A DNA stretch of 47,751 nt, taken from positions 1 to 47,751 of the forward strand of contig JANRJP010000099.1 of assembly GCA_033763905.1 (NCBI GenBank), in the 5' to 3' direction. Numbering within the stretch: the stretch's first letter is position 1; every line of letters begins with the position of its first letter. Of this stretch, positions 17,614-27,459 are shown one piece after another. The notes under the pieces were generated by a model. It searched no databases. It saw only the letters and a program-made list of their open reading frames with translations, and was not told the origin of the DNA. Source of the DNA: Gemmatimonadaceae bacterium. Lineage in GTDB: Bacteria; Gemmatimonadota; Gemmatimonadetes; Gemmatimonadales; Gemmatimonadaceae. The position numbers and the translations under genes are program-made.

Positions 17614-18945
17614 TCAGGGAACGCGTTTGCCGTTCTTGAGGATCACTTCGACCTGCCGCAGCCGACCGATATCCTGCAACACGCTCCCGCGGACCACGAG
17701 GATATCGGCCTTCTTGCCTGCCGTCACGGTCCCGACGGAGTCCAGCACACCCAGCGAGAGTGCTGGCCAGTAAGTGGCCGCCCGGATGGTCTCCATCGGT
17801 GACATCTCGAAATCGCGCACCCACGAGACCATTTCCTCGATCGTGCTCGAGCCGTGCCACGTCGCGGGCACCCCACCATCGGTCCCGATCATGAGCCGCA
17901 CGCCACTCTCGCGTAGCTGCCGGAACTTCGTCTGCAACCACGGTTTGCGTGCCGGCACGTAGCGGTAGTAGGTGAGCGTGTCGAGTCGGCGCAGCGATGC
18001 GCGGATGTCGGTGATGGTCTCCGCCGAGAGACCGAGCTGCCAGGTCGGATCGTCGAGGAACTCGTCGTCGTCGCGCTTGGTCGTGAACTGATCGAGCACG
18101 CTGATCGTGGGGGTCCACCAGATCGGGGCCACGTTGCCGCGCGCGGACCGTTCACGGAGCGCGAGGATGATGTCGTCCGGATATCGCGGAGCGGTGGCGA
18201 GGCCCGTATGCTCGAATCCATCGACGCCCGCCGCGAGCCCGAGTCGGATCTCCTCCGGGCGATGTGCGTGCGCGATCACGGGGAGCGTGGCCTTGTGGGC
18301 TTCGTCGACGATCGCCGCAATCTCCTCGCGCGACATTTCGTCCTGATCGATCAGCTTGATGACTTTGACGCCCGCCTGTGCGAGACGCCGGATCTTGGCG
18401 CGGGCATCGTCGGGGCCGTTCACGCCCCAGCGGAAGGCTTCGGTCCCGGGATACGGCGCTTTCTGGATGAACGGCCCGCTCGGATACACTGTCGGCCCGG
18501 GCAACTCGCCGGCATCGATGCGACGCTTGAGTTGCAGGATGTCGTCGAGTGGCGCGCCCAAGTCACGCACGCTGGTCACGCCAGCGCGGAGCGTCTGCCG
18601 CGCCGTCGCCGGCAAAATCTCCGACGCCAACTTGGGCGGGTACTCCCGGTCCCACTTGGCGTAGTTCCCGTGGCCGGCGAGCATCAGGTGCACGTGCATA
18701 TCCCAAAGTCCCGGGAGCACGGTCATCCCCTCCGTCGAAATCACCGTAGCCCCCGCCGGCACCGCCAGACCGCCGACGGTGCCGACCGCCGTGATGCGGT
18801 CGCCGCGAACCAGTACGACGGAATTGCGGACCGGCGGCCCACCGTAGCCATCGATCAGCGTCCCGCCCACGAGCGCAGTCACACTCTGCGCCCCCAGCGG
18901 GGCGACCGACAACAGCGCTCCGAACAGCCACGTGCGACGCCACAT
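17614..18945 (-). CDS. Secreted metal-dependent amidohydrolase
   Basis: Signal peptide; LPGLWDMHVH, GVTSVRDLG, AHAH, EHTG, GTDGG and GKKADIL motifs. Confidence 0.9.
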   Translation of the reverse strand: MWRRTWLFGALLSVAPLGAQSVTALVGGTLIDGYGGPPVRNSVVLVRGDRITAVGTVGGLAVPAGATVISTEGMTVLPGLWDMHVHLMLAGHGNYAKWDREYPPKLASEILPATARQTLRAGVTSVRDLGAPLDDILQLKRRIDAGELPGPTVYPSGPFIQKAPYPGTEAFRWGVNGPDDARAKIRRLAQAGVKVIKLIDQDEMSREEIAAIVDEAHKATLPVIAHAHRPEEIRLGLAAGVDGFEHTGLATAPRYPDDIILALRERSARGNVAPIWWTPTISVLDQFTTKRDDDEFLDDPTWQLGLSAETITDIRASLRRLDTLTYYRYVPARKPWLQTKFRQLRESGVRLMIGTDGGVPATWHGSSTIEEMVSWVRDFEMSPMETIRAATYWPALSLGVLDSVGTVTAGKKADILVVRGSVLQDIGRLRQVEVILKNGKRVP

Positions 18946-19045
18946 ACGACACCCGAGGAGAAGTTGTCATTAAGCGGCAACATCGGGCGCCACCGCGCCA
19001 GTCCCCTCTGGCCGATCGGCGGGTTCGACAGTTCATTCCGTGGCG

Positions 19046-20212
19046 ATGACACAGACTGCGGACGTCCTCATCATCGGTGCCGGCGTGATGGGCGCGTCGG
19101 CCGCGTGGCACCTGACGCAGCGCGGCGTGCGCCGCGTGGTGCTCTTGGACCGCGCACCAGGGCCCGGCTTGGGCTCCACCGGTCGCGCCACCGGTGGCTA
19201 TCGGGGACAGTTCTCGACCGAACCGAACATTCGGCTGTCCCTGCGCTCGCGAGAGAAGCTGCGTCGATTCCGCGACGAGGTGGGCACAGACCCGCAATAT
19301 CGGCCGGTGGGATACCTGTTTCTGTGCAGCACCACGGAGCAACTCGCGCAGTTCCGCCGCTCCCGCGCGGTGCAGCGCGATCTGGGACTCTACGAAGCGA
19401 CGGAGATCGCCGCGGATGAGCTGCACGTGGTCAATCCGCACGCGACGTACGACGGCATCATCGGCGCGAGTTGGTGCCCAAGCGACGGCACGATTCGGCC
19501 GCTGGAGATCCTTCGCGGCTATCTCGAGGGAGCCGAGCGCGCGGGGGCGGTCGTGCACTGGAATGCCGACGTCGTCAGCGTCACGCGTGATGCCGACGGT
19601 CGGCTGACGAGCGTGCACACCGCGTCGGGCGAACACTATGCCGCGCCGCACGTGATCAACGCGACGGGCGCCTGGGCCGGCAGCGTGGCGGCGCTGGCCG
19701 GTGTCGAGATCCCCGTGGTGCCGGCGCGCCGCCAGATCGCCGTCGCGGTGGGTCACGGGCTACCCGACACGATGGCGATGACGATCTGGGTCCACGACGG
19801 CTTCCACCTGCGCATTCGCGACGGCCACGCGCTGCTTAATTGGCCCGTCGACTCGCCGAGTGACGACCCGTACTCGCTCCACGTCGATCCGGCGTGGGTG
19901 GACGCCACGTGGGCAAAGGCGCGGGCGCGCGTGCCGGCAATGGCCCACGCGCAGTTGGATGCCTCGGCGCATTGGGCCGGGCTCTACGAGATGTCACCGG
20001 ACAAGACCGTGCTGTTCGGCTATCACCCCGCGTGCCCGAACCTCCTGCTGATGAATGGTTCGAGCGGCCACGGCGTGATGCACTCGCCCGCGCTCGGCGA
20101 GCTGGCGGCCGAATGGCTCGTTGACGGTAGCGTTCGATCGATGGACGTTCGCGCGTTGCGGCCGACACGGTTCGCCGAAGGGGACCCGAATCCGGTGAAC
20201 GATTTGCTGTAG
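19046..20212 (+). CDS. FAD-dependent oxidoreductase (DAO / sarcosine oxidase beta-like)
   Basis: IIGAGVMG Rossmann motif, GSTGRATG, NATGAW, WAGLYEMSPD and SGHGVMHSP. Alternative GTG start at 19040. Confidence 0.88.
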   Translation: MTQTADVLIIGAGVMGASAAWHLTQRGVRRVVLLDRAPGPGLGSTGRATGGYRGQFSTEPNIRLSLRSREKLRRFRDEVGTDPQYRPVGYLFLCSTTEQLAQFRRSRAVQRDLGLYEATEIAADELHVVNPHATYDGIIGASWCPSDGTIRPLEILRGYLEGAERAGAVVHWNADVVSVTRDADGRLTSVHTASGEHYAAPHVINATGAWAGSVAALAGVEIPVVPARRQIAVAVGHGLPDTMAMTIWVHDGFHLRIRDGHALLNWPVDSPSDDPYSLHVDPAWVDATWAKARARVPAMAHAQLDASAHWAGLYEMSPDKTVLFGYHPACPNLLLMNGSSGHGVMHSPALGELAAEWLVDGSVRSMDVRALRPTRFAEGDPNPVNDLL

Positions 20213-20237
20213 CGCGCGCGTTGACGCCGCAACGCAC

Positions 20238-20266
20238 GGAAACCTTGGCGGCGGCGTAACCGTCTA
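20238..20266 (+). promoter_or_regulatory. Candidate ECF-sigma promoter
   Basis: GGAAACC, 16-nt spacer, CGTCTA; matches the AAC...CGT ECF promoter architecture and lies upstream of an outer-membrane protein gene. Confidence 0.45.
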
Positions 20267-20351
20267 TTGCGGAGCAACCTTCGGTTGGGCCGACGTGTCC
20301 AACCTGGTCGACCGACGATCACCGTCGGTTTCCTCCTCCGCACTGCCTGCA

Positions 20352-21734
20352 ATGACTGTTCTGTCTCGCCTCACCGTCGCCGTGGCGTCGGTCGCTTTGT
20401 GTTCTGCCACGCTCAACGCGCAGAGTGGCCCGCCGCCCGGTGTGCCGATGGGCGCGCCGACGCGCCCAGCTGGCCCCGATTCGTCCACGCTGCAGTCGCA
20501 GGCGATTCGCGTCTTTCTGGATTGCCAGGGCTTCGGTCGCGGCTGCGACCGCGACTTCTTCCTCACGGAGATCAACTTCGTGAACTGGGTGCGCGACCGC
20601 TTCGACGCGGAAGTGCAGCTGCTGGTGAGCGCACTTGGGAACGGCGGCGGAGGCACCGAGTACACCGTCACGCTGATCGGTCGCAAGCGATTCGACGGGA
20701 TGATCGACACCCTCACGCACAATTCGCTGCCCAACGATCCGGATGACAAGATCCGGCGTGATCTGGCGCGGACGTTCAAGCTCGGGCTCGCGCGGTACGT
20801 GGCGAAGTCGCCGATCGCGTCGCGTCTCAACCTGGCATACGTGTCGCCGATGGGGATGGCGCAATCGACGCCGCAGTCCCTCAAGGATCCGTGGAACTTC
20901 TGGCTGTTCTCGGCGAACGTGAACTTCAACGGCAGCGGCGAGTCGCAACAGCAGTTCTACAACGGCTTCGCGTCGATCTCGGCCAATCGGGCCACCGAGA
21001 AGCTCAAGATCAACCTCGGCATCAACGGCAGCTATAACGAGTCGGATTTCAACGTGCCGGCCACCGGGACGACCCCGGGGTTCAGTGTCACCAACATCCG
21101 CCGCGGCGCCGCGGCAAACGGACTCGCGGTGTGGTCGTTGTCGTCACACTGGTCGGCAGGCGTCAAGGCCGGCATCAGCCGCAGTGACTTCTTCAATCAG
21201 GATGTCGCGGTACGGATTCAGCCGGCGATCGAGTACAACCTGTTCCCGTGGACGGAACAGACGCGGCGACAACTGACATTTCTGTACAACATCGGTCCGA
21301 ACTACTACCGGTATCAGCGTCGTACGATTCTTGGGCAGGACACCGAAACGCGCTTCTCGCAGCAGCTCACCACGAGCGTCATTGCACGGCAATCGTGGGG
21401 CTCGACCAACGTGTCGCTCGACTGGCTCAACTATCTCCACGATTTCAACCGGCACGCGTTGACGCTGTCCGGCAATGTGGATCTGCGCATCGGTCGCGGC
21501 TTGTCGCTGAACCTCGCGGGATCGGCGTCGCGGGTGCGCGATCAGATCTATCTGCCGGCCGCCGGCAACACGGAAGAGGAAGTGCTGCTGCAGCGTCAGG
21601 CCCTGTCGACGGACTTCCGCTTGAGTGGGTTCATCGGCATCCGGTACACGTTCGGGTCGATCTACAACACGATTGTGAACCAGCGCTTCAACTCGCTCGG
21701 CAGCTCGGGCGGGCGGTTCTTCTTCTTCTTCTGA
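20352..21734 (+). CDS. Probable outer-membrane beta-barrel protein of unknown function
   Basis: Signal peptide after ATG 20352; VFLDC..CD, VNWVRD, DPWNFW, PAIEYNLFP and YTFGSIYN motifs; amphipathic beta pattern; aromatic C-terminus. Confidence 0.7.
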   Translation: MTVLSRLTVAVASVALCSATLNAQSGPPPGVPMGAPTRPAGPDSSTLQSQAIRVFLDCQGFGRGCDRDFFLTEINFVNWVRDRFDAEVQLLVSALGNGGGGTEYTVTLIGRKRFDGMIDTLTHNSLPNDPDDKIRRDLARTFKLGLARYVAKSPIASRLNLAYVSPMGMAQSTPQSLKDPWNFWLFSANVNFNGSGESQQQFYNGFASISANRATEKLKINLGINGSYNESDFNVPATGTTPGFSVTNIRRGAAANGLAVWSLSSHWSAGVKAGISRSDFFNQDVAVRIQPAIEYNLFPWTEQTRRQLTFLYNIGPNYYRYQRRTILGQDTETRFSQQLTTSVIARQSWGSTNVSLDWLNYLHDFNRHALTLSGNVDLRIGRGLSLNLAGSASRVRDQIYLPAAGNTEEEVLLQRQALSTDFRLSGFIGIRYTFGSIYNTIVNQRFNSLGSSGGRFFFFF

Positions 21735-21831
21735 CCCGCCGCGGGCCGGCGGGGCAGTATCGCATCGGCGGGAATGGTGGAATCTTTCGCAGGTTGCCGT
21801 CCCTGCGTCCCACCTCTCTTCCCGCTCGACG

Positions 21832-24800
21832 ATGCGTACCCGTCTCGCCTGGCTTGTCTCCGGTCTCGCGCTTCTTGCCGGCCCCGCTGCAGCGCAGCGC
21901 GGCCGGCCCGCTCCCGCAGCAGCCCCCGCGGCCAACGCGGTCGACCCCGCGTTGTACGCCGGTCTCAAGTTCCGGCAAATGGGACCGTGGCGCGGCGGTC
22001 GGTCGACCGCCGTCGCGGGACACGCCTCGCAGCCGTTCCAGTTCCTGTTCGGCGGCACCGGTGGTGGCGTCTTCAAGACCGACGACGCAGGCACCACGTG
22101 GACGAACATCTCCGACGGGTTCTTCGGCGGGTCGATCGGCGCGATCGACATCGCCGACAGTGACCCCAATGTGATCGTGGTCGGCACCGGTTCGGCCGAC
22201 ATTCGCGGCAATACCTCGCCCGGGCGCGGGGTGTACCGCAGCACCGATGCCGGCAAGACCTGGGCGTTCATCGGCCTCAAGGAGACGCAGCAGATTGCGC
22301 GCGTCGTGATTCACCCGAACAATCCGGACCTGTTCTTCGTCGCTGCGCTCGGGCATCCGTTCGGCAAGAACAAGGAGCGGGGCATCTTCCGCACCAAGGA
22401 CGGCGGCGCGACGTGGCAGCACGTGCTCGCGCTGAACGATTCGACCGGTGCGAGCGATCTGGCGATGGACCCGACCAACCCGCGCATTCTGTACGCGGGA
22501 ATGTGGCGCGGCGAGCGGAAGCCGTGGACGCTGTTGTCCGGCGCGCGTGAAGGCGGCGTGTACAAGAGCACCGACGGCGGCGATACGTGGAAGCGCCTGA
22601 CCACAGGCCTCCCGACCGGATTGATCGGCAAGGTGGGCGTCACCGTCAGCGCGGCGAATCCGAATCGCGTGTGGGCGCTGCTCGAGGCCGAACCCGATGG
22701 CGGCCTGTACCGGTCCGATGATGCCGGCGCGTCGTGGACCCGCGTGAACAGCAGCAACAACATCCGGCAGCGGGCCTGGTACTACACGCACGTCATGGCC
22801 GATCCGCAGAACGACAACACCGTCTACGTGCTCAACACGAGCATCTACCGGTCCGTCGACGGCGGCAAGACGCTGACGAACATTCCCGTCCCGCACGGCG
22901 ACACGCACGACCTGTGGATCAATCCGACGAACCCGAAGATCATGATCATCGGCGACGATGGCGGCGCGCAGGTGACGATCAACGGCGGCAAGTCGTGGAG
23001 TACCTACAACAACCAGCCGACGGCGGAGTTCTACGACGTCATCGTCGACAACGGCTTTCCGTACCGCATCTACACGTCGCAGCAGGACAACACGAGCATC
23101 TCGATCCCGGCGTGGAGCTCCACCAACACGCTGCACCCGGTCTCGGAGTGGCGCTATGCGTCCGGGTGCGAGACCGGCCCGGTGGCCCTCCATCCCGACA
23201 AGCCGGAGGTCATTTGGGGTGGCTGCTACGGCGGCGCGATCAACCGGTGGGACACCACCACCGATCTCCGGCAGAACGTGATCGCGTACCCGCAGTTGCA
23301 GTTGGGCCAGGCGGCCAAGGATCTCAAGTACCGCTTCCAGTGGGTCGCGCCGATTCTCGTGTCGAAGCACGATGCCAATGTCGTGTACCACGGCGCCCAG
23401 AAGGTGCTGCGAACCAGCGACGCGGGCCGGACCTGGACCGAGATCTCACCCGATCTCACCACCAACGACAAGTCGACGCAAGAAGCCGCGGGTGGGCCGA
23501 TCAACCACGACGTCACCGGCGTCGAGATCTTCAACACGATTTTCGCGCTCGCGGAGTCTCCGCGCGATGCCAAGGAACTCTGGGCGGGGAGTGACGACGG
23601 GCGCTTGCACGTGACGCGGGACGGTGGCACGACCTGGACGGAGATCACGCCGCCCGGATTGCCCAAGTTCGCCACCGTGAACCGCATTGACCTCTCGGTG
23701 CACAAGCCCGGTCGCGCCTATGTGGCCATCCAGCGCTACCGGATGGACGACTTCGCACCCTATGCCTACCGCACCGACGACTGGGGCAAGACCTGGACGC
23801 GGATGACCGATGGCAGCAACGGCATCCCCGCCGACCACTTCGTGCGCGTCGTGCGCGAAGACAAGACGCGAGAGGGTCTGCTCTACGCCGGCACTGAATT
23901 CGGGCTGTACGTGTCCTTCGACAACGGGCGCCGCTGGCAGCCGCTGCAGAACAACCTGCCCATCGTTCCGGTGAGCGATCTGGCCGTGCACCGCAACGAC
24001 CTCGTGGTGTCGACGCAAGGCCGTTCGCTCTGGTTGCTCGACGACCTGACCCCATTGCAGCAGTTGATGGCGGGCGCGCCGTCGGCCAAAGCGCATCTGT
24101 TCGAGCCGCGCGCCACGGAGCGCATCGGTGCCACCAACATCGGCGGTGCCGACAGTCCCGACCTGGCACCGGATGCGCGCGCCGAGGGTGTGATCCTCAC
24201 GTACTGGCTCGCCGACAGCGCGAGCGCGGTCACGATCGACATCACCGACGCACAAGGCCGTCTGGTGCGCCGACTGTCGAGCGACTCCGCGGCCGCGCGG
24301 CGCAGCCAGACCTCACGCTTGAAGACGGGCAAGGGATCGCACCGAACCGCGTGGGACATCACGTACGCCGGACCGACGCTCGAGCCCGGTGTGGTCGTCT
24401 GGGGCTACACCGGCGGCGTGAAGGCGCCTCCGGGCACCTACACGGCGACCTTCTCGGCCAACGGCGTCACGCAGACGCAGACGATTCGCGTGCTGCCCGA
24501 TCCGCGACTCTCGATCGCGCAGGCCGACTACGACGCGCAGTTGGCCGCATCACTGGCGGTGCGGGACTCGATGGACGCCGTCCACGAGGCCCTGCGCACG
24601 CTGCGTGGACTGGCCGCGCAGGCCACCAAGGCGGTTGAGCTGGCCGCCACGCTGGGGACGGACGCCCAGCTCAAGGGCGCCGCGGACACACTCACGCAGT
24701 CGATGACCGGCGTCGAAGTCGAACTCACGCAGGTCAAGTCACAGAGCGGACAGGATCCGATCCGCCACGCCGGCAAGATCGACAATCAGCTGGCCGAGCT

Positions 24801-25029
24801 GTACGGCTTCCTCACGGGCGCCAACGGTTACATCGGCGGTGGCGCAGAAGGTCGTCCGAAGCGCTCGGCGACCGAGCGCGCGGCGGATCTCAATCGGGAA
24901 TGGGCGATCCAGCGGCTGCGCTATGAGAAGATCCTCCGCGAAGACATTCCGGCCTTCAACGCGCGAGCGCAGAAGGCCGGAGTGGGTCCCTTGGTGGTGC
25001 CGTCGAAGAAGCCGAAGATCGCGTCCTGA
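21832..25029 (+). CDS. Secreted BNR/Asp-box (VPS10/sortilin-like) beta-propeller protein, putative glycosyl hydrolase
   Basis: Signal peptide; GPWRGGRS; many SxDxGxTW Asp-boxes (KTDDAGTTW, RSTDAGKTW, KSTDGGDTW, SFDNGRRW); helical C-terminus. Confidence 0.88.
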   Translation: MRTRLAWLVSGLALLAGPAAAQRGRPAPAAAPAANAVDPALYAGLKFRQMGPWRGGRSTAVAGHASQPFQFLFGGTGGGVFKTDDAGTTWTNISDGFFGGSIGAIDIADSDPNVIVVGTGSADIRGNTSPGRGVYRSTDAGKTWAFIGLKETQQIARVVIHPNNPDLFFVAALGHPFGKNKERGIFRTKDGGATWQHVLALNDSTGASDLAMDPTNPRILYAGMWRGERKPWTLLSGAREGGVYKSTDGGDTWKRLTTGLPTGLIGKVGVTVSAANPNRVWALLEAEPDGGLYRSDDAGASWTRVNSSNNIRQRAWYYTHVMADPQNDNTVYVLNTSIYRSVDGGKTLTNIPVPHGDTHDLWINPTNPKIMIIGDDGGAQVTINGGKSWSTYNNQPTAEFYDVIVDNGFPYRIYTSQQDNTSISIPAWSSTNTLHPVSEWRYASGCETGPVALHPDKPEVIWGGCYGGAINRWDTTTDLRQNVIAYPQLQLGQAAKDLKYRFQWVAPILVSKHDANVVYHGAQKVLRTSDAGRTWTEISPDLTTNDKSTQEAAGGPINHDVTGVEIFNTIFALAESPRDAKELWAGSDDGRLHVTRDGGTTWTEITPPGLPKFATVNRIDLSVHKPGRAYVAIQRYRMDDFAPYAYRTDDWGKTWTRMTDGSNGIPADHFVRVVREDKTREGLLYAGTEFGLYVSFDNGRRWQPLQNNLPIVPVSDLAVHRNDLVVSTQGRSLWLLDDLTPLQQLMAGAPSAKAHLFEPRATERIGATNIGGADSPDLAPDARAEGVILTYWLADSASAVTIDITDAQGRLVRRLSSDSAAARRSQTSRLKTGKGSHRTAWDITYAGPTLEPGVVVWGYTGGVKAPPGTYTATFSANGVTQTQTIRVLPDPRLSIAQADYDAQLAASLAVRDSMDAVHEALRTLRGLAAQATKAVELAATLGTDAQLKGAADTLTQSMTGVEVELTQVKSQSGQDPIRHAGKIDNQLAELYGFLTGANGYIGGGAEGRPKRSATERAADLNREWAIQRLRYEKILREDIPAFNARAQKAGVGPLVVPSKKPKIAS

Positions 25030-26367
25030 TCAGGGCTCGGTCGGCGGCGACTGCTTGCGGGACCGCCGCGGCGCACGGGGTCCGGGCTTCGGCTCGGACC
25101 CTTCGTCGTGTTCGGGGGCACGAGACATCGCCACGTCGTAGCCGAGCTTCCCTCGCATCGCGTTGTACGCGCGCTGCTTGAGGTACTTGCGATCGGCTTC
25201 GTCCGCGCGATGCTCGCCGTACTTTCGCGCCAGCGACTCCAGATCCTCTCGCACCAATCGCAGCTCCGGCGCGTCGGGCTCCGCCGATGCGCAGCGGGCT
25301 GCCGCGCGCCGAAGTTCGGCTTCGGCGGCCGCGGTGTCTCCCGCATCACCGAGCGCGACGGCCCGTCGCCGGGCCTGTGCCACGAACGCCGCCAGCACCT
25401 CCCGCTCGATGGTCGGTTCGATGTGTTGCTGCGCGTCCATCGAGGCGGTGATCGGGGTCGTGGTCACGCGGCGCTCGATTCCCTGCGGGCTCACGACCGC
25501 CGCCGAGACGATCAGGGTCCCGAGCATCGCGTGCGGCGCGACCATTCCGTCGATCACTTCGAACTCGGCGAGCACACGCTTGGGGTCGCGCGCATACAGA
25601 TCGCCGAGATCCAGCACCAGTCCAGCATCGCTGGACTGCGTGGGCCAGTCGTTGTGCACGCGAACCTGCAAGGCGCCGTCGAGTCGCAGTGTCACCTGCA
25701 CGTCCTGCGCGCAGAGCGCCTGGAGGTCGCCCAGCTCCTCAGCGAAGACGCGCCCCGCCTGATCGTTGCGCTCGATGTACCACGCGTTGCCTCCGCCAGC
25801 GTCAGCCATCGTGCGCAGCAGATCTTCGTCGTAGCCGCGACCGAATCCGATGGTGCTGGTGGTGATCCCGCGCCGCCGTGCTTCCTGCGCCAGCGCCGCC
25901 AGTTGGCCGGCGTCGGTGATGCCGACGTTGGCGTGACCGTCGGTCAGGAGCACGATGCGCGTGCTGGTACCTTCACGGGCGAACGGCCGCAGCAGGGCAT
26001 CGGCGCGGAGCCATCCCCCGCTCAGGTTGGTCGATCCCCCCTCGACGATGCCGCGAATGTCGGTCGCGATGTCCGGCTGGAGGCCGCCGTGCCCAGGGGG
26101 GACGACCGTGCTCGCTGCGTCGTCGAAGGCGACCACGCTTACGATGTCATCGGGATGCAGGCGCTGCACGACCGACACCGCGGCTTCGCGCGCGGCCTCG
26201 AGGGGCTCCCCACCCATCGATCCGGATCGGTCGATCACGAGGCCGAGGTGCAACGGGACGCGTGCGGCGTCGGCCGCCACCGTACCGGTCAAGGTGGCCA
26301 GCACGCGGACCGTGCGCACGCCGCGCACGGGATCCGTCTGCCAGTCGAGCAACAGCGTGGTTTCCAT
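25030..26367 (-). CDS. VWA-domain protein with intact MIDAS (YfbK-like)
   Basis: IDRSGSM, GGSTN and LLTDG MIDAS residues, followed by a beta-rich domain and a helical C-terminus. ATG at 26367 has a GGAG RBS; no signal peptide. Confidence 0.88.
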   Translation of the reverse strand: METTLLLDWQTDPVRGVRTVRVLATLTGTVAADAARVPLHLGLVIDRSGSMGGEPLEAAREAAVSVVQRLHPDDIVSVVAFDDAASTVVPPGHGGLQPDIATDIRGIVEGGSTNLSGGWLRADALLRPFAREGTSTRIVLLTDGHANVGITDAGQLAALAQEARRRGITTSTIGFGRGYDEDLLRTMADAGGGNAWYIERNDQAGRVFAEELGDLQALCAQDVQVTLRLDGALQVRVHNDWPTQSSDAGLVLDLGDLYARDPKRVLAEFEVIDGMVAPHAMLGTLIVSAAVVSPQGIERRVTTTPITASMDAQQHIEPTIEREVLAAFVAQARRRAVALGDAGDTAAAEAELRRAAARCASAEPDAPELRLVREDLESLARKYGEHRADEADRKYLKQRAYNAMRGKLGYDVAMSRAPEHDEGSEPKPGPRAPRRSRKQSPPTEP

Positions 26368-26395
26368 CGAGAATGCTCCGGAAAGGGACACCCGG

Positions 26396-26420
26396 AGTGT
26401 GCCACCCTCGTCTGACAGCG
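26396..26420 (-). promoter_or_regulatory. PafBC-type promoter candidate upstream of the VWA gene
   Basis: Minus strand reads CGC-TGTCAG-ACGAGGGTGG-CACACT, i.e. TGTCAG-N10-hexamer. Confidence 0.6.
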
Positions 26421-26438
26421 CCGCACACGGCCGGGCGA

Positions 26439-26460
26439 TGTCAGACCCGCCTGCTACTCA
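26439..26460 (+). promoter_or_regulatory. Second, oppositely oriented TGTCAG-N10-TA element
   Basis: Plus strand reads TGTCAG-ACCCGCCTGC-TACTCA. Forms an 8-bp inverted repeat with 26410-26417 (21-nt spacer). Confidence 0.4.
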
Positions 26461-27459
26461 GGCGACGGCGCCCGCGCCCTCGGCCAGCGTTCCCAACAGC
26501 GCCACGATGCGTTCGCGCACCCGCGCTGGTTCGACAACCACCGCGTCCGGACCGTACTGCAGCACGTGGCGCACGGCCCACGCATCATCGGCGAGTGGAT
26601 AGGTCACCGTGTAGCTGCCATCGCGACCACGATCGCCGGGCTCGCGCTCGGCGATCCATCGGGCGACCCGTGCCGAGTAGCGGACCACTAGGGTCCCCGC
26701 AGTATCGCCGAGAAAGACGCGACCATCGCGAATCACGGTCTCCGGGTCGAACGCGGCGGGAATGACGTAGGTCTCCGCGCGCGGACTGACCTGCTGGATG
26801 CGATCCACGCGGAACACGCGGGGTTCGGCGTGCGCGACATCCTCGGCGACCAGATACCACCCGCCCCGCGCCCAGAGCAGCCGCCAGGGCCGAACGCGCT
26901 TGGTGGTCGCCGGCGCATCCACCTTGGCGTAGCGCAGGTCCAGTTCGCGGCGCGCGGCCCACGCCCGTTGCAGTACGGCCAAATGCGACAGGGCGGTACG
27001 CTCGGACGCCATCGGCGCAGCGGTCACCCGCGCGGGCTGCGGCACGGGCGGCACGCGGCCGCCACGTGGACTGCTGCTGCGTCCGGTCACCGCCAGTTGC
27101 GACACCTTGCGGCGAGCGCTCTCGATGGCTGGATGCTCGTCGAGCGCGAGTTCCTGTCGCAGGAGGGCCAGCCCCAGCTCGATCGCGGCCAGTTCCGCCG
27201 GCGACAGCCCCATTGGACGGACAAATACGGCGGACTGCATCTGCACCCGAGCACCGTCGATCAGGACTTGGACGCCCTCGATGAACCCTCCGGGCCCGTC
27301 CTCCGCGCGTTCCTGCAGGCTGACGAGATCCGAGAGCACGTCGGCCCTCGCGACGCCGAGTCGATCGGCGAGGGTGGCGATGTCGTGCCACGCGCCGTCG
27401 GCCAGCAACGGCAGCAAGCGGACGACCCGGACGAAGCGCGCTGTCGAATGATCAGGCAC
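26458..27459 (-). CDS. HTH-WYL-WCX transcriptional regulator, PafC-like
   Basis: N-terminal wHTH (RLLPLL...LADRLGV..DVLSDL), RPMGLSPAEL, WYL domain (VRPWRL...GWYLVA...FRVDRI) and WCX (ARWIAE...VLQYGPDAVVVEP). Confidence 0.88.
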   Translation of the reverse strand: MPDHSTARFVRVVRLLPLLADGAWHDIATLADRLGVARADVLSDLVSLQERAEDGPGGFIEGVQVLIDGARVQMQSAVFVRPMGLSPAELAAIELGLALLRQELALDEHPAIESARRKVSQLAVTGRSSSPRGGRVPPVPQPARVTAAPMASERTALSHLAVLQRAWAARRELDLRYAKVDAPATTKRVRPWRLLWARGGWYLVAEDVAHAEPRVFRVDRIQQVSPRAETYVIPAAFDPETVIRDGRVFLGDTAGTLVVRYSARVARWIAEREPGDRGRDGSYTVTYPLADDAWAVRHVLQYGPDAVVVEPARVRERIVALLGTLAEGAGAVA

